A DNA stretch of 62,308 nucleotides, the filler included, from Sphacelaria rigidula (taxonomy: Eukaryota): assembly GCA_964200075.2 (NCBI GenBank). It is 9 parts of 9 records of this genome, joined end to end, with 100 filler letters (N's around TTAATTAATTAA, not from the genome) between each part and the next. Parts side by side here need not be neighbours in the genome. Positions count along the whole stretch, not along the records: positions 6,936 to 13,770 come from CAXNAA020017842.1; positions 13,871 to 20,704 come from CAXNAA020017843.1; positions 20,805 to 27,638 come from CAXNAA020017844.1; 6 more parts are not named here. One strand, written 5' to 3'. Positions 11,330 to 23,810 of this stretch are shown here, in pieces. The notes under the pieces were generated by a model. It saw nothing but the letters and a program-made list of their open reading frames with translations. It was not told where the DNA came from and did no database searches. Numbering within the stretch: the stretch's first letter is position 1; each line of letters opens with the position of its first letter. The translations under genes and the position numbers were made by a program.

Positions 11330-13730
11330 GAACTCTACTGACCCGGCCTGCCCTTGAACAACTGTGTATGAAGACGCCGATCTCTGCAGATCATTGCGCA
11401 TGTTGGAGGGGGTAGCGATGAACGTCGGGCACATCTCTCTGCAGACGCATACAGCTTTGCTGAATATGAGTATGTCGTCTAACCATACCTGAACTCCTTT
11501 ACCTATGAGGGTCCCCAGAGTTTGGAAAATACCTCTGGTGAAGCCGGAAGGGAGGTGGTTCAGCCCAAAGCTACACCTGTCGTACTTCCATAGTTGCCCG
11601 AGTGCATCTCTGAACGCTGCCTTGTGTTTATCGTTCTCCTCAATTTCGAATTGGGAGTACCCTGACGCGAGGTATTATTTGGAAAAGTATTTATTTCCAC
11701 TGAGTTCGTCGTGCATGCTTTCAATGTCCCCCAGACCCCCGCTGTCTCTTTTTCTGTGGGATCGCTCAGTTCCCTGTAGTCATGGTATACGCGGAGTGTG
11801 CCGTCTTTTTTCGGTACTGCGAGGGATCTCGCTGCCCACTCAAACTCTGATCGACGAATTATACCTCGTTGGTGAAGTGTTTTCACTTCCGCTTGAATTG
11901 CTTCTGTTTCGGCCGGGGAGAAGCGTCGCTACTTTGTCGCCACAGGTTTACATCGTTCATCTTTCAGTGGAATGCAGATCTTACCTTGACCACATGGTCA
12001 GATATTCTTGAGATCTGCTGGAAAATACCTTGATGGCGGAACTCGTCCAACAGTGTTAGAAGCTCTTGTTCCTCAGGACTGCTCAGTTGTTCAAGGTTGG
12101 ATCCATTGAGATTGGACATAATTGTGTCCTTGTTCATCTCTCTTCATTCCCTGGTGTCTGCGTCGGACGTTCGTGTCTGCATGGAGAGTGATATGTCATC
12201 CTCGCGGTTCACGGGGACAGATATACAACTTAGCGCGTTAAAGCATTCTTCATCATCGGTGTTGACCGCGACCACCTGTGCTATCTGCTGATTAGCCTTT
12301 ATGAGGCTTAGATTGGGGCTTCTGTTCACGAGCTTGCATACCACGGGTGTACCTGGCGCCCACCACTGGATACCTCTCGCTACACCTAGCACCGCACCTT
12401 TCTCCAAATAGTAATCCTCGGTAGGTGATATCAGTACCAGTTGCCGTACTTGGTAGATGGGCCCCTGGTGTGTCCCTTTATTGCTTTGCTAACAAAGCCT
12501 GGTAGTTGTAGCGGTGAGGATAAGGAAAGGGCCCACTGCAGCGTACCATCGTCTTCCCACAATGGTTTGTCCATGAATGTGTCACTGACTGTTTGGTCTG
12601 TGATCGTTGCGATAGAGGGAAGGAAAGCATCTAGCGGAGACGGGGGATACAGATCCGGTTCTTCGATCTGCTCTCCGGGTATGACTGCACAACATAACAT
12701 GTCCCACAACTCCTTGTTTACGTCATGTGTGTCCTCCGAATGATTCAACACTTCGATGTCTTCCGCTGCCAACGGGGTCACTCTTGATCGTGTATCATTC
12801 GGTGTGACTTCCTCGGCTACGTCAGGCATATTCCCCGAATCCTTCGACACTTGGGTACCTTCCGCTGCCAACGGGGTCGCACTTTATGGTGTATCATCTG
12901 GTGTGACTTCCTCGGCTACCTCAGACATATCCTCCGAACCATTCGACACTTGTTTGTCCCCCACTGTCAACGGGGTCGCACTTGATGGTGTGTTATTTGA
13001 TGTGAATGTTGAGCTACGATTGTCGAATGATATCCATGGTGCGTTGGGGTAGGGTGGGATCCCTGCTGTTGGCAAAATGATAGGACGCTCGAGTGTTTGC
13101 GGAAGAATGCTGCGCCAAGTACTAAAGAGTATGGAAAGCCCTTGACTACACGTACTGCTACGTTGCGTACTTTGTCTTCTGCGGGAAAGATGACTGGGGT
13201 TGTGAAAGAGCCGAAGATTTCTATTGGTGGTACCTTGTTTTGCTCTGGGTCCGCTACTCTCAACGCCCGTGCACCTCTCTTATCTAGTTTGTGATCAGGC
13301 GGTCCTCCCCACTTACAAATCGACTGGACATGTAGTTTCCTCCACCAGCTCCCGTGTCCAGTAGGACGGAGACAGGAAGTCGCATGCTCACTTGATGGGA
13401 GTGCCAGATTTTCGCCTGTACTCATACTTCGCTTTTGCGATTTTTGCTTGCGGCTAATCGTTCGGTGGCTGCAGCAAGTTCTTCCTCTCCATCCAGAACT
13501 GCTACGTCGTAATATTCGCTCCTTGTTGAACTCGTACCACTAGAGGGTTCGGAGCTGGTCCCTTGCGGGAGTTCTCCGGGAGCGAGGTGCTACCCGGGGT
13601 GCACCTTCAGGTGGTGTGTTCTGCGCCATCTTCGTGGTTGCTCTCTAATTCGAGTCCAGTAATCGCGGAAACAATTTCGAATTGTTCAGGGGTCATAGTG
13701 AGACGACGTGAAACACTTTCTACGATAGCC
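11330..13730 (-). mobile_element. Degenerate Ty3/gypsy pol fragment (protease, linker, RT); same family as 22690-27379
   Basis: VLLDTGAGG, VRVVKGFPYSLVLGAAFF, EKGAVLGVARGIQWW, WAARSLAVPKKDGTLRVYHDYREL and GVQVWLDDIL are collinear with the contig 4 element; many frameshifts. Confidence 0.92.
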
Positions 13731-14029
13731 CCCCCCCAAAAAGTGCATGGTTTTGGGAGGCAAAATCTTCNNNNNNNNNNNNNNNNNNNNNNNNNNNNNN
13801 NNNNNNNNNNNNNNTTAATTAATTAANNNNNNNNNNNNNNNNNNNNNNNNNNNNNNNNNNNNNNNNNNNNACCCCTCATGCGACTCGCCGAATACACCAC
13901 GGCGCTTCGCACATGGTGATTAACTACGCGCCTAGTCGGGCGAAAACCCGGCGTGCTCCGTCCCGGATGTGTAGGGATGCGAGGTCAGTGGAATGACGAC
14001 TATCGCATGCATGATGATGAGTACACCCA

Positions 14030-15830
14030 TGCTTAAGAAATTCGCATTTTTATTCTTGAGTTTAGCTACGCACTCCTTTACTCCATCTCTGGTAATATAT
14101 TTCTCCAATTTTTTCGAGCCACTCTCCTCCCGTTTTCACGTCTTCACATTTGCTTCTTCCCACTCGTTAATCTCGTTTTCGAATTCCGTGTTGAACTTCG
14201 TGTTAATTTTTGGTGTTCCTAGTTCACGGTAATGCTCGACCAGCAACTCTTTTCTCCCCTTCCTTCGAACTGCTGACCATTTTACCGTTCTGTGCCCGGG
14301 GTGTGGCTATCCCCTTATCTATGTGCCTTGCCTGGTTTCCCATAATCCCTTTTATCCCTACCCACATTTGTTTCATCCCGCCATCGAAATCTTCATTTGT
14401 TTTTCTCACTACGCCTTCCCAAACTTCCTAGTTATTCTTCTGTAACATATTTTTTACTTCCTTTCGAGCTTTGGTATCCTCCTCTCATCCTACCGTGCTT
14501 TTCCTCGACATCCATCTCGCGTGGGCCTCTCTCCTTACTCTGATAGCCTTTTTTACTTCCTCATCCCGCCACTTTACTTCTCTGTTGGATACTATCAGTT
14601 TCCTCCCTATGACTTTACTCGCTGTGTTCTTGACCTGTTGCTCCCACCCTTCGACAATCTTCGCTCCTGCCCGATTTCTTTCCATTTCGGTTTCAACTGT
14701 ACCTACGCGTTCCAACATATCGGAAACTTGCACTACATATCGACCGTCTCCTCTTGGAACTCTTCTTGCCGTTCTCTTCCATATCTAGTTTATCGATTCT
14801 CCATTTGTACAACTTCCCACCCCGCCTATTTCTTCTACCTCTCGTCTGTTGGCTTTCTGCCCGTATGAGGCAGTGATCTGTGGTTCCCGTCTTCCGCTCA
14901 TACATGTATTTTCATTTCTTCACTACTTCCATGCTCTACCGCTATATGGTCAAGAACGGAGCATTCTTTGTTTCCTTTGCATTTTCTCGTCCATGTCCAT
15001 TGCGCCTCTGGCTTTTGTGCTCCATCGTTCAGCGTCTTCATCTCGTTATGCTCAAGGAACTTGGGCATCTCTACCCCATTGGTGTTGTTCTTATCTCCCC
15101 CGTATTGCCCAATGATATCATCCTGTTGACCTGCTCTTCCAACCCTTGCATTGAAATCTCCCACTAACAGTACTTCTCCTTGCCTTTTGTACTCATGTAC
15201 ATCTGCTGCTACGTCTCCAAACCTACGCTGAATACCGTCCACTCTTCGATTCTGGGGGCATCTTGACTGATTGATTGATTGATTGATTGACTGTCGCACT
15301 TTAACTGACCCCCCAGGGGTCCAGCCGTGGTCTCACGATAGACGTACCCGGGGAAAACGAAACTGAAACACGCTCTGAGGGGAAAAAAAAGGAACGGAAA
15401 AAAACAGAAAAAAGAAACAGGGAACAGAAAAAGAAAGAAAAAGAAGGAGGGGTCGATGTAGATGTTCCCTGCGAAGAAGTCCTCCGTTCCCCGCTCTCCT
15501 GGTACCCTTATCTATATGCTCATGTCGAATTTCGTGTCATCGATCACTTCCAAAATGTCACACAGTGATACCTTGACTATAAACCCTACTCCCCTCGCTT
15601 CCCTGCTCTTGGATTTATGTCATTTCCGCTTTATTTCCCCTATCCATGCGTACTCTTCAACTTTGCATCCTATTTCTACCCCCTCTTCCTCCCATGACTC
15701 TTGAATTCCTACTGTGTCTAGATCGTGTTCACTCAGCTTGTTGCGATATCTCTTCTCGTTTGCGCTCATCTATGACGAATCCACACACATTCCACGATCC
15801 TATTCTCAAGTTTTTTCCGAATCATTATCT
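14030..15830 (-). mobile_element. Degenerate LINE ORF2 N-terminus: apurinic endonuclease domain and linker, truncated just before RT
   Basis: IGSWNVCGF, VGIQESW, GVGFIVK, NIY|MPPES, VLLVGDFNARVG, CSVLDHIAV, TDHCLI are the APE signature motifs in order. Confidence 0.9.
15262..15455 (-). mobile_element. Short retroposon 3' end with (AATC)n tail inserted in the LINE endonuclease
   Basis: Splits the NIY/MPPES motif; minus strand ends gagaccacggctgga...cagttaaagtgcgacagtc(aatc)n. Similar ends at about 3500-3561, 30316-30360 and 46245-46320. Confidence 0.7.
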
Positions 15831-17257
15831 GCCCTCTTGTCTCCTATCCTCCTCCCGTGTCTTTTACATCTACTTTCCCTAGCTTGATTGTTCTGCCCCT
15901 TGCCGGTTTGGACCCTGTTCATTTGCTTCGGGGCGCTGTGTCCCCTCTCCTTCCACTTCCGGGCATTTACCTGTTCCTGCCTCTCTTTCCCTCCGTTTGC
16001 CCATGCACTACGTCGTAGGTTTGTTATTCCGTTGACAATGCATACTCTCCATCCTACCCTTCTAAGCCATGCCGATACCTTACTTGGTTCTGTCCTTTCC
16101 CACTCCTTGCGCGCCCTCTGCTTCACTGTAACTCGAAGGTGTTCTCCCTCCCTCTCTACTTTTCCTCTTGCCAAACAGTATAATCCAACTTCATCGCGTT
16201 TTTTATAAACTCTATTCTCGTCATGTCGCGACGTACTCCGAGTACCAGCACTACTTGTACCTTTCTACTACCTTTCCCGACCAATCTTTACTCCGCCAGC
16301 AGCCCTTCTTACCGTCTCTCTCTCGGTCTCCTTCGAGGGAATCACCAGCGTGTTCATTTGAATTGCATTGGTGGGGTATCTTCGACGTACTGGGACATCC
16401 CAATCCTAGTCCTCGTTGGGGGTCTGGTTCCTTCCAGTGCTTTTACTGGCTCACCGACACTAAATGATGCCTCCAACATGGGCTCGTAGCCTGAAGCCAA
16501 GTTCAACACTTTGACACAAGTACCCCACGTTCGTGCCACGCGATCTTCATGGTGAACCATTCAGGCGTCCCACAGTCGTATCTTGTATCTTCTTGCCCCG
16601 CTGTTGCACTGGTTACTTTCCTCCAGGGAGGTCATTTTCACAGTGTAAGGTTCAAGGACGGCTTGCGTAACACAAGGTCTTACTCACACCAAGATGTCCC
16701 GTACATCACTTTTCCACTCCGTGTTTGATTCACCATGTGTCGCTACTCCACTGATGCTTCCGAGTAGACCTCCGCTGCCGAGAGCTTGGCCAACGATTCC
16801 CCCACACTTTGTACCAGCTTCTATCCTTCAAGATCTCAAGACGTCTACGTGCCGCTTGGTGCTCCTTCTCGCAGGTTATGTCGGTCATCGGTATGGTGTT
16901 TGTTTCATGAATGCAGTAGGCCTTGGCATTCATGGTATGCATTGTCCATCCCTTCCCTTCATCAGGCGCCTTTTGCACCTAATGTCGAAAATTTCGGTAA
17001 GGTTTTTAACGGGCATCTCATCACGAGACCGCAACCTCCGTGTGAATTTGACATGGAGAGGGTGATGACCATACCCTTTCTATACTGGTTATATCTTCTG
17101 TACTTCCGATTTGCATGTAAAGTGGTCAACCTTCACGCTGTTATTTACACGTCTAGGTTTTGGTTTTATTACTATATTACGTTTGTTGTGATATTGAGGG
17201 AGGATCTCGATTGTTTTCCGACTTGAAATGGGACAGTAGATCTGTTATTTTCCGCGG

Positions 17258-17790
17258 TTTCATGTCTATGTCCGGGCTGTGTTATGGTAGGTCAAAGAAA
17301 AGGAGGGTTCGCTTATCTATTTCATGTCCATGTCCGGGCTGTGTTATGGTAGGTTAGATCAAAAGAAAGTCAACTTCTCTATTTCATGTCCATGTCCGGG
17401 CTGTGTTACGGTAGGGTGAAGAAAAAAAAGTCAGCTTATCTAGTTCATGTCTATGTCCCGGCTGTGTTATCGTCGGTTGAAGAAAAGGGGGTTCGTTTCT
17501 CCATTATTTCGTGTCCATGTCTGGGCTGTGTCATGTGGGTGATATAAAAAGGAGGGTTAGCTTCTCTATTCCATGTCCATGTCCGGGCTGTGTTAGGATA
17601 GCTTAAAGAAAAAGGAGGATCAGCCCCTACATTTCACGTCTATGTCCGGGCTGTGTTATGTCAGGGCAATGTCCTGGCTGTTATGTTAGGGCAATGTCTG
17701 GGCTGTCTTGTGGTACGTTAAATAAAAAGGGGGGTTAGCTCCTCTTCTATTTCATGTCTATGTGCGGGCTGTGTTGTGGTAGTTGAAAAA
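17258..17790. repeat. Minisatellite, ~62-bp unit, about 8 full and 2 short copies
   Basis: ttcatgtcYatgtccgggctgtgttatggtag recurs at about 17259, 17321, 17383, 17444, 17508, 17569, 17633 and 17751. Confidence 0.92.
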
Positions 17791-19229
17791 AATGAAAGGG
17801 GAGAAATGTAGAGAGAGAGAAAAAAAGGAAAATACTAGGAAGGAAGGAAAAACAGAATGGCTAAGGAAAAGGAAGTAGTAAAATTAGGGGAAAAAATACT
17901 ATCTTCGATATAATATCATTTCTATGTTCATTTTGTGTGTTTTTAGGGGGATTCCACTGGGTTGTTGAGGTTCTTGAATGTTGTGTCCGTCGGTCCGGCA
18001 TATTCTTTGTCTAGTGGCGGTCCCCGGTATACGTATGGTGATGGCTTGCACACTTGTCTAGCTTTTGGTGGCTTGTTTTACAGCGCCGTTGCCTCTCGAC
18101 GCCAACCCAAGAGTCTACAGGTGAGGAGGAGGGGACACCCTGCCTGCTGTCCCCCAGTATATTGTCGAGGCGCTGGCGGACGCGATCAGCTGCCGTGTAC
18201 AGAGATTCTTGGAATGGAGAGCGCTGAGATGACGGACACACCGCCCCCTCAAGCTCATCACCTACCATGACTACATTTATGGAATCATGTTCCGTGTCGT
18301 GTGCCTCGACTACGTACCACTAGCAGTCCGGGTACATTTGGCGATGCTTGAGATAATGTGGCTACTTTGGCTACAGGCTGTCGCTCCCGTGCGCTCGTGT
18401 ATTTTACATGGATCTTTGTGAACATTTCTAAAACATTTACAAAACATTCGAAAAAACGAAATGTAAAAAATCACGACAATTTTCGAAACATTGCCCTCCA
18501 GGAAGAAGGTGGGGGGGGGGCTCCGTGTCCGAAACCTTTCTCTCGACAGACCCTTGGCAGAGCAAGTATTTTACATAATTTGCTAAGAACCACCCCCCTC
18601 ACCCCCTCGCCGTAACGCATGGTATAATGGTATACTTCCTCTGGTTCATAAGTCTGTGCAGTTATGGGCGCTGTATGGTTAGAGTACTCGCACGTTGACA
18701 TTTATCCCGTACCCAGGTGCGTTAGAATCGCAACGCGCATACCAACCTCACTGAAATAAAATAAAAATCGAAGGTGGTCTGCAACACCGAATACACGCTA
18801 AAATACTCCACATTTTGGCCCTTATTGGTCCAGGTATACCCCTGTTTTGACCGATTTTGGGCGTTTTTACGTCGAGCACTCGCGATTGCATGCTGAAAGT
18901 TTGTTAGATGGGGCGTGCGTAGGTCAACGTCACGGAGATATCCGAAATCAATGGTGGCTTTGCGATTTTCATTTTTTTTTTTCACATTTTCCCGCGATTT
19001 TTCGTGTTCCCGGGTCGCGTATGCTTGCTTGACTGGGAAATAGAGCGAAAAATGGCCATATTTTGACCGACTTACTTTTTCTCGGCCGCGAGGCTGCGCG
19101 GGTCAAGCACCCACGTGGTAGAAAGGTAGATGCTCTTGGCTAAAAAAACGCCAACGAATGCATTAAAAAAGAAAATCAAATTGGACATCATGAATGGCTC
19201 GTATTGATATAACTGCGTGCATGCTCCAG

Positions 19230-19456
19230 ATATCGAGGGGATAAAAAAAGGTGACAGAAATATTGAGGACGACTCCTCAGATCACGGCACGAGCGTAGCA
19301 GCTTCGGCTGTGGGGATGGTATATCCCGACTGGAGCGGAGCCCCTGATTGCGACAACTCGACAGTCATGTCGTGCGTTGGTAGGTGCTTCGAACCCGAGG
19401 TACTGGCGGCCATGCCCAACTCCCGCGCTTTCGACCTTGACGCGTCGTGCCCTGAG
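19230..19456 (+). CDS. Probable internal exon of a subtilisin-like (S8) serine peptidase containing the catalytic His motif
   Basis: ctccag acceptor and gag|gtgtgt donor flank IEGIKKGDRNIEDDSSDHGTSVAASAVG...CPE; HGTxVA is the S8 His motif. Asp and Ser motifs were not found in this contig. Confidence 0.6.
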
Positions 19457-19475
19457 GTGTGTGTGTGTGTGTCCC

Positions 19476-19528
<53 letters not shown>

Positions 19529-19582
19529 GTGTGTCTGTGCGTCTGTGTCTGTGTATCTGTGTCTGTATCTGTGTGTATCTCT
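19457..19582. repeat. Compound microsatellite (GT)n(CT)n(GTGTCT)n
   Basis: Directly visible. Confidence 0.95.
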
Positions 19583-19585
19583 ATA

Positions 19586-20020
19586 TTAGTGAGATTCAGA
19601 GTGTAACATCGGATTTAGAGTGAGACCCGAAACAATTGACTTTCCCATCAATTTTGACATCGACACAGTTCGAGGAGTAACGCGCCCAGCTGGTGAAGCG
19701 GTGGCTTTAATGAAAGCTGTCACCTACACGATCAATTTGACACATCACTTGATCGCAACGTCAGTTCATTGCAACAAAAGATCCCCTCTTTCAGGAAAAA
19801 ACGATTAGTGCCTGAAACAGTTTCAGTTCCGAAATGCCCCCCCAGGCGACGAAAAGCTTTTGTTCGGTATCTCAGCAACCAGACCGCCGAGTTCTTCGAA
19901 TGGGGTACTGTACGGTAGCTGCATGCACAGGATGTGTGCTCAATGAAAAAAAAAAGCTGCCTGTAAGGAACGCTAAAGCATCCACTCTGAAATCCGATAT
20001 TACGCTCTGAATCTCACGAA
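19586..20020. mobile_element. MITE with ~37-bp imperfect TIRs flanked by TA (Tc1/mariner-like)
   Basis: ta|ttagtgagattcagagtgtaacatcggatttagagtg versus cactctgaaatccgatattacgctctgaatctcacgaa|ta. Confidence 0.75.
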
Positions 20021-20149
20021 TATGGTGTTGTGTCTGTGTGTGCCTGTGTATCTGTACCTGCCTTCTATATATATATGTGTGTGTGTGTGCTTCCATGCGT
20101 GCTTGCTTTCCATGTTCTGCAGTTGTAGACCCTGGTGCGAATATGTGGT

Positions 20150-20312
20150 CTTACTCGCAGAAGGGAGGTGGATTACTAAAACAAAAGAAAAAAAAGTCCT
20201 GTGTTGGCCTTCCTCCTGTCTGTGTGACCCCGGCTGGTGCGCCCACATAATTCACCGAAAGGTGAAGACAGGCATCCAGAATAGATTGGTCGACAATACA
20301 CACACACACACC
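20150..20312 (+). mobile_element. 5'-truncated copy of the tRNA-derived SINE
   Basis: ccttcctcctgtctgtgtgaccccggctggtgcgcccacata...ccagaatagat matches 46560-46710; ends in a CA-rich tail. Confidence 0.75.
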
Positions 20313-20804
20313 GTGTCAACGTTTTCCCACGCTCCTCTCCTGTTGTATCGTCGCATTCTCGTTTTCTGTCATCGCAGAGAATTCCGTCGTCGTCGTCGTC
20401 GTTGATATTGTTGCTTTTTGTTGTTTTTTGTTGTTTTGTTTTTTGTTGGTGGTGGTGGTAACAGCCAATAATCGAAATTGAGGATGGAGCTTTTCGCTGA
20501 GAATGAGAACCCGGAGGATTGAAATCGTCGTATCCACATCGAATCTCGGAATATGGTTTCATTCCTTCCCCTACTGGTAGCTGTTGACAAGTGCTACACG
20601 TCACACTAATTGTGATTTCGATAACGGAAATGTTGGGGTCCTAGGTGAAAACAGCCGATCATCTATGTTGAGGATGGTGCTTTTCATTGAGGATGAGAAC
20701 CCGGNNNNNNNNNNNNNNNNNNNNNNNNNNNNNNNNNNNNNNNNNNNNTTAATTAATTAANNNNNNNNNNNNNNNNNNNNNNNNNNNNNNNNNNNNNNNN
20801 NNNN

Positions 20805-21130
20805 CGTCTTCCCTGCAAAAGAGAAATGCCACTTCAACCCCATATATCGTATGGACCCCATTTTCTAGGATTCACTTTTTATACCTGGCAGTCTCTTTCT
20901 CTGCATGTTCTTCAAGCTATATCGCCATCTCAATTTCCTCATGCCTTCTGTTTGTTTCGAGTACATCCCCAACTCTGCTCTCAAAACTGTATTACTCGTC
21001 GTTTTCGAACATCCAAGTATCTTCTTAGCTGCTGCCACCTGTACTGTTTCTAACTTTTACACCAATTTCACGTTCCACTCCCATACTTCTCCTGCATATT
21101 CCAGCTTTGGTACAATCACGTTCATCAGGA
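20805..21130 (-). mobile_element. LINE ORF2 C-terminal fragment; same family as 57190-59430
   Basis: IVPKLEYAGEVWE...KLETVQVAAAKKILGCSKTTSNTVLRAELGMY; nucleotide match to 57900-58030 and 58455-58550. Confidence 0.85.
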
Positions 21131-23021
21131 AAAGTTCGGCATCTGCACCGCCCAGCCAAGGCATAAAGTATGCCATCCCGCCCGAGCACGCCATGTCCCT
21201 CTGTCGTGCAGTGATGATCTGAACTTGTTCCCCATAGGTTCCTCATTCTGAGAGGATTTTGACGGAGCTGAGCAGCAAGCACAAGTGTTTGACGGCGGCA
21301 GACGCTTCGGGAGAGTGACGAGACGACGGAGACTACAAGGGATCTTCACGTGAGGACCTCCAGCAAGTGGCCCAGACGAGCGAGCGTATACATCAACGAA
21401 GCAGAGAAAAACATTATTATTGTACGAAGGAAAGCGCAGGAGACCGTTTCGTGCTGCACTACAGAAGCGAGCAGCAGTCTTGTATTTATTTATTTTTTAC
21501 GGAATAAGCAGTAGTTCAGTACTGTTTCTCTCTTTTCGTTGGAACAGCTGTGCAGTATTTTTTTTTCTACTTTTTTCGGGATTGTTTTTACTCGTGTTTT
21601 CCCGTCATCATGAGCTCGGTTATATATCTTGTCATCGTTTCCGTTTTTATTTCTTTACTCTTCATCGTTTGATTTTGAGTTTTGAGACATAGGCTCAACT
21701 TTTTTGCCTCGTTCTTTTTACGGGTCTGAATTTGTCCCTCTAACCCTCATATTTTTCTCTGTTCGGTTTTCTGGTCTGGATTCCATGCGTTTTTTTTTCT
21801 CTTCTGTTCCTGTTTCTCTTGCGTTCGTCGGACTTGATCCTCTTCTCGTGTCAGGCCCTTTTATTTGTTTCCATGGTTCATGATTTTTTTCTCTGTATCT
21901 TGGACCTGGGGTATCATTTCTACTTTTGTTTCATGTTTCATTTTTTTTTTTTCCTTCCTCTTTTATGTTGCGGGCCTGGTTTGTTCGTTCAATTCTACTT
22001 TTGGGTTTCTCTCTTCCCCTTCATGTTTTCGCGAGGTCGATCTTGCTCCGGTCTTTTCGCTTTTTCCGGTCTTGCATTCCATGGGGATTATTCGTCATTT
22101 GTTTTGCTTGCTTTTGTCGGTGAACGTTGATCCGACTTTCGGGCGCCCCACCCTTTTTATGTAGAAATATTCCTGCGTGAGCACTGCACAATAGGATGGG
22201 CGCCGAGTACCTGCTGGGACACTCTATCGTGACTGAACTGTTGATATACGATGTAGCCCTCCAGTGTCCAGCAGATCAGCGGGTACTGGTCGATAGGAGA
22301 AGAAGCGCGCAGCGCTCCCATTAGCCAGTAAACGCTTTCTTGGGTTATTTTTTGTGGGTCAGCTCTTTGCGAGTCCCGCACTACCCAGGATTGGCGTATC
22401 CAATCACGGGTGTCTGAGCGTCGTTACTATCTGAAAATAGTCACATACTATTTTCGGTAGTGTCTGTTCTCCACTTTAACTGAGATCCCGGAAAGACATC
22501 GCACATGCGAAAGCAGTCGCTATGATCTGAAAGGGCGTGAGAGATTTTTTCCCCCAAGCGATGAGCGTTTCCCTGAATACCAGGTTTTGCCCATCTTCTG
22601 ATTTCATGACGAGTTTTTCCCGCGCTTAACCCTAGCCCCGAAGTTCTGCAGTTTTCTCGTCTTTGACGTGATATTAGGCTGATGGCATCAAGATCCATTG
22701 GGAGCGAGAATGACGAACAGAGGGAACGTAGCTGAGAGAATTTTCTCCGACTTTGTTGGGAAACAGAAGCACTGCGTACCTAGACTCAACACCCACCTCA
22801 ATGATCTTATTGAACGAGACCCACCTCAATGATCTTATTGAACGAGCTCTCAGACTCCTCATCCCCTCTGTCCTGGACCAGTCTAGTCTGCAATCGATCA
22901 TGCATCACCAGGTAATGAGAGTGTCACTAGAACTACGACCCTTGCGGGTAGAAGCACAAGATCCATTGGGAGCGAGAATGACGAACAGAGGAAACGTACT
23001 GCGCGAATTTGTTTCGACTTT

Positions 23022-23810
23022 GTGAAGCTGTTGGGAAACAGAAGCACTGCGTACCTAGACTCAACACCCACCACCAAGCCTACCTCACGCAATACGTCTC
23101 GTGCAGCGTCCATCGCTGATGTCCGTGCCCTAATGGGACAGTCAAAACAAGATCTCGAGAAGGCACTCCTTGCCAGACACAACGCAATCGCAGCATGCAA
23201 CGTAGGTAGCGTGAACATACAGCCAAACCCGACCATCTGCTCTAATTCCGAACAAAGTATATGGCAATCGCCATGCCTATCGTGTCATCACTGCGCACCT
23301 ACATGCCAGACAGCAAATCCTACCTTGAGTTGTCACAACACAGTAGCAGCTTTTTCCAACCAACCCGCCTCAAAACCGGGTGAGCACGGTGTACCGTTCT
23401 CTGGGAAACCCCAACAATTCAATAACACCTCGCACACAAGTACATACCATGGAGGTCCCCCACCAACTACAACCCAGGGCCAAGTGGGCACTGCTACGGT
23501 CAGCAACCCACCTTCACCAGATTCTCCACGTACGGAGATCATCGATTTCTTGCGCAACGCACGAATTTGCTTTCGACACGCCTTTGGGGTAGAGTGCAGA
23601 CGCCCACGGTGCCCCTACATACACGAGGTAAATACCTTTCCGAGGGGCTTTTACTCTCAGACATACCGATCACAACCAGGAGGCGCGAAGCGCACACACC
23701 AAGCTGACGAATCAGAACAACCCAACAAAAAACCTCGCCGCATCACGGTAACCCCTGAGCAACTTGAAATGATTTCAGCTATTACCGGACTCGAATTTGA
23801 GAGCGATTAG
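23022..23810 (+). pseudogene. gag-like ORF (C-terminal part) with CCCH-type finger
   Basis: Open frame directly upstream of and overlapping the protease frame; contains CFRHAFGVECRRPRCPYIH. Confidence 0.6.

Noticed and set aside
17258-17790. CRISPR-like pattern (about 32-bp conserved block plus about 30-bp variable block)
   Set aside because: The variable blocks are homologous to each other, the repeats are degenerate, there are no cas genes and the context is eukaryotic; it is a minisatellite.
21500-22160. Phe/Leu-rich ORFs resembling membrane proteins
   Set aside because: They arise from T-rich low-complexity sequence in all frames.
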